Under the pieces are notes generated by a model. It saw only the letters and a list, made by a program, of their open reading frames with translations. It searched no databases and had not been told where the DNA came from. This document shows, in pieces, positions 12,358-24,800 of a stretch of 64,000 nt of DNA; the first letter of the stretch is position 1, and each line of letters opens with the position of its first letter. The stretch is from Octopus sinensis (taxonomy: Eukaryota). The stretch covers positions 45,260,001-45,324,000 of the forward strand of contig NC_043007.1 of assembly GCF_006345805.1 (NCBI RefSeq), given 5' to 3'. A program made the translations under genes and the position numbers.

Positions 12358-12800
12358 ATTTCTGAATTAGGCACACGGCCAGAAATTTTGACATGGGGAT
12401 GGATAGACGATTGCGTCGATCCCAGTTTTAGATTGAGATTATATTTTATTGACTCTGGAGGGATGAAAGGCAATGTTGATCTCAACGGAATTTCAAGTTT
12501 GAATGTAAATATTCCGAATTCGCACCGCAAAAATATTTCTGAAACTCTAACGATTTGTAGGCTCACTGCCTTAATAAAAATGTTTCTAGTACAGACACAA
12601 GGTGAACAATTTTGAGGGAAGGAGGAGTATATATGATTAACCTCAGTACTTCAATTGTAGCTTATTTTATTGACCCTAAAAGGGTTAAAGGCAAATTTGA
12701 GATTGGGATTATTCTAAACCATGAAATAAAGATCGAAAGAAATACTGCGCGGCATTTTGTCCAACTCCGTAACGATTTTTGCAAACCGTTATACTTCTAG
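12358..12800 (-). mobile_element. Two tandem degenerate family-D SINEs
   Basis: Two successive matches to 'ttttattgac..gaaaggcaa..ttga' with the family-D tail. Confidence 0.6.
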
Positions 12801-13849
12801 CTTCATATTTTGATGTACTAAAAGTGGGTTCAACGAAGGTTGTTTAAGTTTATAGTTGAAAGGCAACTCCATTTCAGTAAGATATCAACAAAATTAGATG
12901 GTGAAACAACTAAACAGAACGCCTCCAAGTTAAATAGTGTCACAAGGCCTGAAATTATGTGTGTTCCTTGTCTTTGATTAAATTGATCCTGGCAGTTGAT
13001 TACTACTCATGATCTGAAGAATTATGACAAACAAGGACATGAAAATGTCATAATGTTGACGATGATGATGATGATTATTATGGTGAGATGAAGATAGTGA
13101 TGATGATGAAAATGAAATGTCTTTTGCTATTGGCTCAAAGTCACAAATCTCTTAGGAGAACTGTATTTAACTCGCATCCAGTAGCTGTCGGTGTTTATTT
13201 TTATTGATATCTATGAGCAATCATGGAGAATGTGAATTCGATTGCCTGAAGAGATGAAACTTAGTCGTAATGTATTTAGACCTGAGATTTCGTCAACGTT
13301 CTTTTATTTAATCTCCATTTCATGATAACTGATATAAATGTTAGTTGTTAACTGGTTTCTTCAGTCACGCTTTACAACATATATGGAGTGACGAAAAGAG
13401 ACATACAAAGATAGTTAATATTAAGAGTACAGAATGAGTATCCAATGATTTGTCTGTAAAGCTACACATCTTTTTTTATACTGAAAGTAGAAACAGGCTT
13501 TCGATGTAATAGAACGCGATTATGTTGTTAAAATTTAGAATAACATATTTATTGCAAGTATACAAATGAGAAATTTGGGTAATTTTTATTTTCTTTTTGA
13601 AAATAATTTTTATTTTCGTTTTCAAAATAAATATTCATTTCATTATTTTGAATAAGCGCTAAAATATGTAATAAAGATTCATTTATAATTATTGTATGAT
13701 TCCATAATAGATCATATCACCCATAGAGGAGAAAATATACTTCCAAGTTACCCGTTATTTTACGGGTAACACTCTAGTCAGTAATAATAATTTATCCTAT
13801 GGTTATGAATCTTACTTAATGACCAAGAGGATAAGATCACGAATGCCAC

Positions 13850-14215
13850 GGTCAAGATGGGGCTCCACCGAAGTGTCTGTGGAGTAACATTACTCGATAG
13901 AGTACGTAGCCTGGAGATCAGAGAGGCACTCCAGGTAGAGTCGCTACTTCTCCGAATTGAGAGATCACAATTCCGACACTAAGAAAATCTGCTAACAATG
14001 TCCCGGGAAAGAATGACTGGACAGGTTTTAAGGACAAAAACCAGTCGGCAAGAGGCCTAGATGTCGACAACAAGCAGGATTGTTGGATAACAGTCATGAG
14101 TATGGTTGGTCTCGTTATGGAAATCCAGCCATATCAATTGCAGACGGTTGCTCGTGACAGGATGCGATGGAATGCTTGCTTCAAGACGCTAGCCCAACGA
14201 TTTTTCCAGGATTAG
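13850..14215 (+). mobile_element. RTE-clade LINE 3' remnant
   Basis: Translates to GVTLLDRVRSLEIREALQVESLLLRIERSQ..RERMTGQVL, the typical RTE post-RT region; contains stops. Confidence 0.8.
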
Positions 14216-15559
14216 GTAGGCGAAGAAGATATGAGAAGGGATAAATATAGAAACGAGGCTACAGTATATATTTTCGCTTTACCGGATGTATCACGTATCA
14301 TAATCTACTGGAGAATACTTTAAATAAGGAGAATAAAAACGAATTCTTCCTACAAATATTGTCAATATTTGAATGTATTTATTACAGTTGACTGGGTATA
14401 GCCAAGGATATCTTAAATAAATTGCTTTGCGTTCATACATTTCGCTTTTCTTGAAATGTCTTTTGTGTTTCGAAGAATTTGTATGTTTAGTATATTTCCT
14501 TTTTAGTCTGACTAATTTGGCTTTTCTTACACAGTTCCGTGAATAATTAAAAAAATATATGATGAACTGAAAGAAACAACTCAAACGAGCCAAACTCATA
14601 AATTTGTGGAAGGCAAAAAATTTAAATAACACAATAATAAATAAATAAAAGGTAAACATGCTTAATAAGTGGCAGATTTCTTCTTAGTTGGAGACGGTAA
14701 ACAATAGCCAGACGGTTAATTTTTGTAGCTGTCAACAACAATGGGAGATAATTTCAAGAAACTGAGATTCAATCTCTGAGTTAAACATCACGCTGAGAAT
14801 GCACTCTGTTGTAACGGGCCATAGGCACTGCTCTTTCCTTGGAGCAAAGAAAGAAAGATAATATAATTAGCATACGTCACACTGATAGTATGCATCATAG
14901 TGCTAGCATACAATTGTTTATTTCAGTACATCACACTATGAATTGGTATATGTTATACTTAATATCGTACATCAGGGTGCAGGTAAGCACAAATTACATT
15001 GATAATTTACTTACTTTTTGTTAATTAATATACATCTTGCTTGTAAACGCTAAATATCTATTGTTAATGAAAATACATCATGATGTTAATTATCATACAT
15101 CACACAATTATTATACACTATTAATTAACATAAAACCCACTGTTAATATATCAGACGATTAATTAACATATCTTACAATGCTACTTAACAATGCTAATCA
15201 CACTATTAATTAACACGCATTTCGTTTTAATTAGCACTTATCGTAGTGTTAATTCATCCTAACACTTCTAGAAATAACAGGAAAAGAGGATCGTTAGATA
15301 TCGACACTTTGAATATTTGCTGACTAAATCAAATAACAGGCTTGTCAGTAATGGAACGCTTTTGATCATAAGTCTGATCATTTCAAGGTTGAGCTAGGTT
15401 TAAACACCAAATCCAACCACGTAAAATCAGATAATGTATTATGTAATTATACACTTCTACTCATTATACTATACAACATGATTGATTTTTGTCCTTGGGT
15501 GGCAATTATTATTTCCTATATGCTTACCACTAGACAGTATGAAAAATGGCTAATATTTC

Positions 15560-15755
15560 CTTTAAATTTTGTTTTTGCTATGTTTATTTAAACTCCAAAG
15601 AATCCTTCTCAACACATAGCTATGATTCTCCCCCACTACTCCTACTCATGATTAGATGCACATATCAGCCACTGAGGTACATACTTAAGTAGTTAAGGTC
15701 AAGCAACTGACAAGCACATCTCTGGTACTGAGCAGAATATTTGCTATAACGATAG
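15560..15755 (-). mobile_element. Diverged partial copy of unclassified repeat G
   Basis: Reverse complement matches 34200-34370 (gcaaatattctgctca..gcttgtcagttg..agtagtgggggag). Confidence 0.7.
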
Positions 15756-17091
15756 TTTTGCTTCAGCAACTCAGTATTGAATCTGTCTCAAATGTAATGG
15801 GAAATACGTCATTTTGAGAACATTGATGTCCACGTCACAAAATCAAAGTTTGAAGAGAATAGTAATCATTTCCTTTGATTTCTAGGTAGAAGGAAACAAG
15901 AAATAACAATTACTGACCAAAAACGAAACAAAAACAGAAAAGATAAAAAAATAAGTATTTCGTTACACGGAGTTATATACCACTGGGCAAAATATGAAGC
16001 ATGTTTGAGCGCTTGAACCATTCTTTCAAAGCTAGTTCCTGTAAAATATGGCCCTATTTTATATCTAACATTTCTACAACACATTATTTTCTTTATTGAT
16101 TATTTGTTTCTAAATCATGCCAAAATATATCGAATTATGACGAGAGCAGAGTTGCGTGATGTATTCCCAAGAGCTTGTCTCTTATTTACTTAATCCAAAA
16201 GTATGAAATGTAAGCTGACGGAGAAAGTATTTGAACTGAGAAAATAATATGACGTTATGGGATGTAACCGAACACCGCAAACACTTTATATATCTGTCGC
16301 TCAGCTGACTCTATCAATCATCTATTGCCTTCACTTTAAAAATGTTATAAAGTATTTGATATGATATCATACTGGTGATATTATTCGCAACAAAGCATAA
16401 ATAAATATCCGATGGCATATATTTATATATATGTAATTACGTTGTGATACTCCACAGTAAAGTATGGCATTATATTTACTATGAATGCGTAACACTGGAG
16501 AATTGTTCAGTGACTCTTTACTATATGGGTGAAATCCAATGAAACTATATAAATATTAAATAATTGTACAATTATAATAATTTCTCTTTAATGTGTCTGT
16601 AAAAATATGGCTCCCTGCCTTATGTATACAAACGTTTGAATGTGTGTGTATACATGATGAGACATATCCATCTCATGTATGTATGTGCGCTTGCATATAC
16701 GTATGTATATGTCCACGAATGTATATGTGCATGTATGGATGTACGTGAGAACATATGCATGAATGTATATATATATATATATGTGTGTGTGTGTGCATGT
16801 GTGCATATGCTTCTGTATATGTATATGTGCATATATGTATTTATGTATGCGTGCATAGATGTATGTGTGCATAGTTTCACGAATGTATGTATATTTACGC
16901 ACATGTTTCGATATGTTTATGCATGTGCATGCGTGTATATGTGTGAAACATATATGTGTGTAAGCATATATATGTGTGCATGTGTGCGTGTGTGTGTGCA
17001 CGCATGCAAGAACGTAAGTAAATACTTATACATGGATATATATGTGCGTACATATATACATGTGCTATAACAGCTTCTTTTACAGGTTATG

Positions 17092-17161
17092 CATATATTT
17101 AGATGTGGCTACACATACATATAATTCATATATTTAGATGTGGCTACACATACATATAATT
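17092..17161. repeat. Perfect 35-bp tandem duplication
   Basis: catatatttagatgtggctacacatacatataatt twice. Confidence 0.9.
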
Positions 17162-17193
17162 CGTTATAAGTATACTTGTAGTTATATGTGTGA

Positions 17194-17530
17194 AGGTGCA
17201 TTGTTTAGTGGTTAGATAGTCGGGCTCATAATCATGACGGAGTGAGTTCGATTCCCGGGACCGGTCTGTGAGTTGTGTTCTAGAGCAAGACCCTTTGTTT
17301 TACGTTGCCCCAGTTGACTCAGCTGCAAAAATGAATTTTGACGTCACTGGTTCCAAGCTGTATCGGTGTTTGCCGTTCCCTTAGATAATATCGGTGGCGT
17401 GAAGAGGGGATGATGGTATGCAAGAACGACTGCTGGTCTTCCATAAATCACCTTGTCCGGACTTGTGCCTCGGAGTGTAACTTTCTAGGTGCAATCTCAT
17501 GGTCATTCACGACCGAAGGGGATCTTTACT
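17194..17530 (+). mobile_element. tRNA-derived SINE (family B)
   Basis: A-box-like tagtggttag, B-box gttcgattcc, central segment 'gtgttctagagcaag..cagttgactcagctg' shared with 19212-19445 and 34940-35220. Confidence 0.75.
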
Positions 17531-18576
17531 CTTGTAGGTGTATATTGTTATATGTAAGCATTCTCAAGCGCCTGATGAAAAAATTTTAATTCTATTTTAT
17601 TTTACTTTACTCTACATTGTTTTATTTCGTAATGTTTCATTACATTGGAAAATTTGAAATATTTCGGCTCTTGTACATAAAAAAAGAGCCTACGGAACAT
17701 TTCCTTCATTTCTTCTGACTAATCTTATTATTATTACCAACACACAATTCTGTATATTATCAAAAATGTTTTATTTCTATGCACATACACAAGCATCTTT
17801 ATATACATCCACACACAACATTCGACAATCATTTCATTTATTTCGCTTTAGGAATATCTAGCAGAGTTACAATAGGTCGGCATTGATCAACTTTCCACAG
17901 CTGCTATTTTATTAAAGTATTAAGAAAGGAGAGAGAAAAAACCCAAAGCACTGGTGAACAAAAATTAATCTGGGAAAATTTGGAAACAAATGACACATAA
18001 ACGCAAAACCATGGGGTACATATAGACACAAATAAATCGAAGTACTGACATAACAATATACATACACACACACACACATAAACACATACAGATACGCACA
18101 CATACACACACACAAAAGACACACACACATATATATTTGTATACGTATATGCGTATACATATTTGAAACTGTCTGAGCATCTTAGAGCTTTACTGATTAT
18201 ACAAGATAAATGCATTAATAAAACATTGCAGAGCGGTTTTGTATTAAACAATTTATTTTATTCTTCCTTCATAACAAATTGTCAGTAAAGGTGGAATTTT
18301 GGCGTTAATCCTCGTTGTCATAGCACCGGTGCCTCACTGTCGCTGGTATGACAGGCATACAAAACATAAATCAGTCTATCAAATCCAATATGTGGTTGTG
18401 GTCATTATCGTAGATGCAAAGTATATACTAAAGTTGAAAATGCTGGAAATATTGTCTGCAGAATTCTTGAATAACAAAACTGGAAGTTGGAAAATTTATT
18501 GGTGTTATCTAATCACCTTTACAAATGCTTCATTTATTAATAAGAATTACAGATTTTTACATGATAAATAGACGTA

Positions 18577-18895
18577 GGGTGGAGGCGCAATGGCCCAGTA
18601 TTTAGGGCAGCGGGCTCGCAGTCGGAGGATCGCGGTTTCGATTCCCAGACCGGGCGTTGTGTGTGCTTATTGAGCGAAAACATCTAAAGCTCCATGAGGC
18701 ACCGTCGGGGGTCGGGGGTGGCGACTCCTGTTGTACTCTTTCGCTCCAACTTTCTCTCACTCTCTCTTCCTGTTTCTTGAGTAATGCTGCGATAGACTGG
18801 CGTCCCGTCCAGCTGGGAGGTACACATACGCCACAGAAACCGAGAAACCGGGCCCATGAGCCTGGCTAGGGTTGAAAAAGGAGCATAAAAAATGA
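18577..18895 (+). mobile_element. tRNA-derived SINE (family C)
   Basis: Head ggaggcgcaatggccca..ggtttcgattcc; tail gaaaccgggcccatgagcctggctagg. Confidence 0.8.
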
Positions 18896-19211
18896 AATAG
18901 ACATTGGAGGAATTTCGTATTAGAAATTCTTGACACAGGGAAATTAAATAATAAACATTTTATATCTGTATATAAGCTTTATATCTCGTTAATGATCGTT
19001 TACTAATCAGGAAAAAATATACAAAGTAGGTATGAAGTAAGGAAGAGCAAAACATGACAGAAAAGCGTACACACACATTTAGTTGTGTACGTATTTGCGT
19101 ATACATAGTTGAAACTGTTTGAGCATCTTATAGCATTACTGACTATACATGATATACTCACACATATATTTATACTTACATAAAAATAAAAAAAAAGTAA
19201 TAAATGCACCC

Positions 19212-19445
19212 TTTTAAAGCCTAGCCAGGCTCATGGGCCCGGTTTCCCGGGCGTATGTGTTCCCTAGCTGGACGAGACCCTAGTCCATCGCAGCGTTACT
19301 CATTTTTGCCAGCTGAGTGGACTGGAGCTACGTGAAATGAAGTATTTTGCTCAAGAACATAACGCGTCGCCCGGTCCAGGAATCGAAACTACAATCCTAC
19401 GATCATGAATCTGATACCCTAACCACTAAGCCACCCACCTCCACA
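19212..19445 (-). mobile_element. tRNA-derived SINE sharing the family-C tail, inverted relative to 18577-18895
   Basis: cctagccaggctcatgggcccggtttc is the reverse complement of the 18577 copy's tail; B-box ggaatcgaaac is seen on +. Confidence 0.8.
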
Positions 19446-19762
19446 TTTATACTTAAAATGGGTATATATACAAAATCATACACATGTATGGATTAAGATG
19501 GGTATAACATAAGGATATGTTCGGGTACGTGAGTTGATAAGTTTCAAAAATGGCAAAAACATGTGTCCATCGCGCCTGAATGTGATTTGGATTATATTTT
19601 CTCGCCTGTCCACGATTTTTACGTGTTTCAACACTCGGCACACTCAGCGAGTATACTACGTCATGCCAGGGGGCAACCTACCAGTAAAAACGCGAACCAT
19701 TTACGTTAAACATGTGTAGTCGATAGTTCATTACACTAGCGATGCTTCTATTTTATATTTAA

Positions 19763-19898
<136 letters not shown>

Positions 19899-20139
19899 GT
19901 GCGTGTGTAAGTGAAGTAAAACCCATGTAGCTATAGATATATTGATAAAATCACATACATATTTTTAGATAGCGGGAGTATCTTCTAAAGTCTTGTTTAT
20001 ATAAGATAAAAGAAATAATAAAGCCATACAGTACAGTTTTGCATTGATAATATTAATTAGTCTTCTAAAAGAAATTATTATCTCTATAACAGATATTGGA
20101 GATTTGAAAGTAGAAGTAGTAGTAATAGCAACCATGGGA

Positions 20140-21900
20140 TTATTATTATTATATTATTATTATTATTTTATTTTTTTTCTTCTTTCAAATTTGCCTCCAT
20201 TTCTTGCCGAGCGTCTTCCCGACTCCTAGGGCAAAGAAACTCATAGTATACATTGGTAGGCCATTAAACCAAACTCAATAGTTCGTTCATTTTTTCTTTT
20301 AAGGTTAAATTAAAATACATGGGCAGTAACAGCTCTCACAGCGACAATGCTCTTCTCAATACGTGTGATGTACCAGTTAAGACAATCTTTTGCACTTCTA
20401 GCAGGGATGGTAAGCCAGGGATCATTCTCATATAATTTTCGGTTCCCTTCTTGATCATTCCTAGTGCTCCTACGATCACTGGTATCGTAACCGCCTTGAG
20501 ATGCCACATTTTCTCAATTTCAATGAGCAGGACTTTATATTTTCTGAGCTTGTCAAACTCTTTCGCCGAGATATTATGATCACAGGGGATGCTCATGTCA
20601 ATCAATAAGCAAACTTTATTGTTTTGGTCTTTCACAACAATATCTGGTTTATTGGCTTTGATGGTTCGGTCTGTATGTACTGGAAAGTCCCACAGAATCG
20701 TTACATTTTCTCCTTCAGTTACAGCTTCAGGGTGGTGATTATACCACTTGTCGGCAGTTTTGATATTGTAATGCCGACTTATTAGCCAGTGTAGATATTG
20801 GCCAAATCTGTCATGTCTTAATTTATACTCCACTGGTGCTAAGACTTTACATCCAGAGATTAGGTGGTCCACTGTTTCAATCATGTCATTGCAGAATCGG
20901 CATTTTGGGTCTGCTCCATTTTTCATTACATTGGCCTGGTAGTTCCGGGTTAATAGGCTTTGATCTTGAGCAGCCAGGATGAAACCTTCGCTCTCTGCTT
21001 TTAGCCCTGAGCTCCGTAGATACTGATGGGTTTGCTTCTGGTCAACATCAGCTTGTTTGCTACGGGCCACATATTTGCCGTGCAGAGGTTTCTCCTCCCA
21101 CATATCAGCCAATTGCTCGTGCGCTTTTTTCGTTGCCATTATTTTCACCTTCTTTGCAACAATAGTTGCCGTACTTCCCTCGGGTTGTTCAGTTTGGGTA
21201 TCCTGCACGAGATCAATAGCAAATTTTTTGCTTTCCTTTATGATAGAATGAAGCTTCTTTCGTCTCTCGTGATTTTCCACGAACTTTAGCATCCAGTCAT
21301 TTGTTATTTCAAGATATTTGGCCAGTCCAATTGTGGTTGTTTTGTAAGCTAGTTCAAATTGGATCAGGCCTCGACCTCCTTGGGCTCTGGGAAGGTAAAG
21401 GCGATCTACGTCTGCCTTTGGGTGGTGCATCCTATTACAACTCAGCAGCTTGCGTATTTTCCTGTCTATATTCTTTACTTCACTCATATTCCAGTTCAAC
21501 ACATTGTAGCTGTAAGTAACAACTGGAACTGCTAAGGAATTTATAGTTAACACCTTGTTACGTGCATTTAGTTCAGATTTCAGGACTGCACGAACTCTCC
21601 TATAACATTCCTTCCTGATCTCTTTCATGCTTGCATGCTGAATACCAGAACCTTCATTTATCCCTAAATATTTGTATGTTTGTTCTTGCTCAAGCTCTCT
21701 TATGACTGTGTCAACATCTAACACGACTGAATTTGTTGTCTTCACTTTCCCTTTCTGGAAAGTGGCCTTGGCACACTTCTCAAGCCCAAACTCCATCCCG
21801 ACGTCATCGCTGAATGCTTTCACAGTGCGCAATAGGCCTTCAAGTTCATTATTGTCTTTACCATAGAGTTTTAAGTCATCCATATAAAATAGATGGCTTA
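20140..21900 (-). mobile_element. R4/Dong-type RLE LINE, 5'-truncated, flanked by (TAA)n on both sides
   Basis: Open 515-aa frame; (TTA)n on + at 20140-20166 and 21905-21998. Confidence 0.92.
20336..21883 (-). CDS. C-terminal half of a LINE ORF: RT end, CCHC knuckle, restriction-like endonuclease
   Basis: (Y)MDDLKLY RT motif, CRFC..ETVDHLISGC, KPDIVV..IDMSIP..KFDKLRKY. The ATG is internal (YMDD), so this is not a real start. Confidence 0.85.
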   Translation of the reverse strand: MDDLKLYGKDNNELEGLLRTVKAFSDDVGMEFGLEKCAKATFQKGKVKTTNSVVLDVDTVIRELEQEQTYKYLGINEGSGIQHASMKEIRKECYRRVRAVLKSELNARNKVLTINSLAVPVVTYSYNVLNWNMSEVKNIDRKIRKLLSCNRMHHPKADVDRLYLPRAQGGRGLIQFELAYKTTTIGLAKYLEITNDWMLKFVENHERRKKLHSIIKESKKFAIDLVQDTQTEQPEGSTATIVAKKVKIMATKKAHEQLADMWEEKPLHGKYVARSKQADVDQKQTHQYLRSSGLKAESEGFILAAQDQSLLTRNYQANVMKNGADPKCRFCNDMIETVDHLISGCKVLAPVEYKLRHDRFGQYLHWLISRHYNIKTADKWYNHHPEAVTEGENVTILWDFPVHTDRTIKANKPDIVVKDQNNKVCLLIDMSIPCDHNISAKEFDKLRKYKVLLIEIEKMWHLKAVTIPVIVGALGMIKKGTENYMRMIPGLPSLLEVQKIVLTGTSHVLRRALSL

Positions 21901-21923
21901 TTTTTTTATTATTATTGTTATTA

Positions 21924-21962
<39 letters not shown>

Positions 21963-21998
21963 TATTATTATATTATTATTATTATTATTATTATTATT

Positions 21999-22100
21999 AA
22001 GGCCGTGAGCTGGCAGAAACGTTAGCACGCCGGCCAAAATGCTTATTGGCACTTTGTCTGCCTTTACGCTCTGTGTTCAAATTCCGCCGTGGTCGACTTT
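21999..22100 (+). mobile_element. Family-D SINE 5' fragment
   Basis: aaggccgtgagctggcagaaacgttagcacgccgg..gttcaaattcc. Confidence 0.75.
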
Positions 22101-23210
22101 GGGTGGCGTATCCTAAATCCTGTCATTACTTTCCTTGTTTTCCTGTCGATTTCGACTAGTTCATTTAGTGTGCGGTTAAGGATATTGTAGCTGTAACTTA
22201 TGACTATGACGGCTAAAGTTTTGATATCTATTATCTTGTTTTTAGCTCTGTTTTCAGTAACAATCTAACTCGTCTATAGTATTCTTTCTAATCATTTCTC
22301 TTTCCTTTGTGTGTGTTGTACCTTATCTAGTTCTTTGATTCCTAAATATTTGTACGTCTGGCTTTGATCTAATTCTCTAATTTCATTAGCTTTATCTATT
22401 GTGATGTTGCTACTCTTAAATAGTTTTCCTCTTTTCAAGGTTGCTTTGGCACATTTTTCTAAGCCAAATTTCATATTTATTTCTTTGGTAAATCCATGTA
22501 CTGTCTTTAGTAATGTTTCCAGCTGTTTATTATTTGTAGCGTATAGTTTTAGGTCATCTATATATAGATAGGTGGGTGATTGTTTTACCGTAACAGTTGT
22601 ATCCGCATCCAGTTCTGTTTAGCGTTTCAGATAAAGGTGTCGGTGCCAAACAGAAAAAGAGTGGAGAGAGCGTTCTCCTTGGAATATTCCTCTTCTAATG
22701 AGGATGGCTTTGGTTTTTATGAGTCACTCTTTTGTTTGGAGCTGTAGCACTGTCTGCCATTTATTCATGGAATGTGTTATATATTTTATGATTATTGGTG
22801 CTGGCTTGTTCATGGCTAGTGTTTCTAGAATAATTGTGTGGGAAATAGTATCAAAAACCTTTTGGTAATTGATCCAGATTATACTTCTTTCTGCGGCTAT
22901 CTTCCATTATGGCTTTATTGATCATTAGTTGATCTTTTCAGTCGTTTGAGCCCTTGCAGCATCCCATCTGCTCTTCTAGAAACAGGTTGTTTTCTTCCAG
23001 ATACTTGCTCATTCTCTGCGATATTATTGCAGTTAAGGCTTTGTAAATTGTAGGGAGACAAGTTATTCGTCTGTAATTTTGTGGGTTTGCCGTTTCAGTG
23101 GATTTGGGAATTAGGATAGTTTTCTCTTCCATGAGCCATTGTCTCTGGCTCTACCAGTATGTCATTCAATTTCTCAACCAGCTTTTTATGTGGTCCTGTC
23201 AGATATTTTA
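22100..23210 (-). mobile_element. R4/Dong-type LINE internal RT fragment, degenerate
   Basis: NYRRITCLPTIYKAL..EQMGC, GIFQGERSLH, MKFGLEKCAKATLKRGK; multiple stops. Confidence 0.85.
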
Positions 23211-23248
23211 ACCAGACATTATTATTATTATTATCATCATCATCATCA

Positions 23249-23294
<46 letters not shown>

Positions 23295-23295
23295 T

Positions 23296-23870
23296 TTTAA
23301 TCTGCATCTTTCTTACAGTCACTTGCCGAGACACACCCAGTTTCCTAGGGCGAGTGAAGGACAAGAGATGTTACAATATGAATGAAATCTTGGGGAGCAG
23401 AGGTAGTGAAATATCTCCATGTAACACAGCAAATACATTTAAATGGTTAGAGTTTTTCTAAGGATGTGTGCAGTACTTATCAGCACAATGTTTTGGATTT
23501 CTCTGAGACGTGGTTCTCCTGGGATCTTATCTAGATGTTTCTGTCATCAAATTTTATCAAAGACGCCACATCTTTGTATTTCATTTCCAGGTCCTTATAT
23601 CTACTTAGTTTGTCACAGTCCTTGACATATATAGTTTTAATCAGTGGGAATACTTACATCTATTAGTGTACAAGTATTTTCTTCCCTGTCTTTATTTATT
23701 ACGTCTGGTCGATTAGCCTGTATGGTTCTGTCAGTGTTGACTGGAAAATTTTAGAGGATAGGGACACTCTTACATTCAACCACTGACTCAGGATGAAGTT
23801 CATACAAGTAAGTAGGAGTGCTGATTTTGTAGAGCTTACATATTTTCCAATGTAAATACTGTCCTATCTT
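23296..23870 (-). mobile_element. R4/Dong-type LINE 3' end (RLE C-terminus and 3' UTR), degenerate
   Basis: Reverse complement encodes HLDKIPGEPRLREIQNIVLISTAHILRKTL; the 3' UTR runs into (TAA)n at 23210-23295. Confidence 0.85.
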
Positions 23871-24140
23871 ATCGTAGCGATTATTATATTTGCTTGGTGT
23901 ACGCACAGGACATCCCGAGACGAGTTGGTCTATTGCTTTGTTAAATGTGTCGCAGAATCTGCATTTATGGTCAGACTCGTTTGAAGAACGTCGGCCTGGT
24001 AGATTTTTGTGAGCAAGCTTTGGTCTTATACCGCGAATATGAAACCGTCAGTCTCTGTTTTCAGTCTCGAACTTCTCAGCCACTGATGGGTTGTTATTTG
24101 ATCTACATTAGCATTTCGACTTCGAAGTATATCATCATCA

Positions 24141-24182
<42 letters not shown>

Positions 24183-24489
24183 GTAGTAGTAGTAGTAGTT
24201 GTAGTAGTAGTAGTTGTTGTAGTAGTAGTTGTTGTAGTAATAGCAGTAGTAGTAGCAAAGTTACTGGACCTTAGATATTCTTTAAATTTTGCTCTATCGT
24301 TTAAGATTGTCGAATCGACATTTTAGCCTTCTCTCAGGAAACCTTCGTGAAAATATAAGACATTGAACATGTTTTCTTGCAAAAATTGTTCAGCTATCGT
24401 ATAATACTTTGTATATGCGAAAAGAAAACGACGTATAGATTAATGGCGAATAGAGATAGATAAATGAATAGAGATTTTAGATTAATGAC

Positions 24490-24800
24490 TAGGTAGATAG
24501 ATTGAGTGATAGATAGATAGTTAGAAAGATATAGTTAGGGATCAATAGAAAGAGAAAGATATATAAGGATAGATATAGAGTGAAGATTAAGATAGATATA
24601 GATAGATATTGATAAATAGATGGAAATGGAGATAGGTTGATAGATATTGACAGGTAGCGATAGACAGATAGTCTGATAGATAGATAGAGAGATAGATAGA
24701 GAGATAGATAGACAGACAGACTGACAGATAGATAGATACATACATACATGCATGCATACATACATATATAGTTACATAAATGGATTGATAGACAGATAAA
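24490..24800. repeat. Degenerate (GATA)n/(CATA)n microsatellite
   Basis: Visible; yields the LSIY-type artefact ORFs. Confidence 0.9.

Noticed and set aside
21026-21866. Plus-strand ORFs overlapping the LINE
   Set aside because: Antisense shadows of the LINE ORF.
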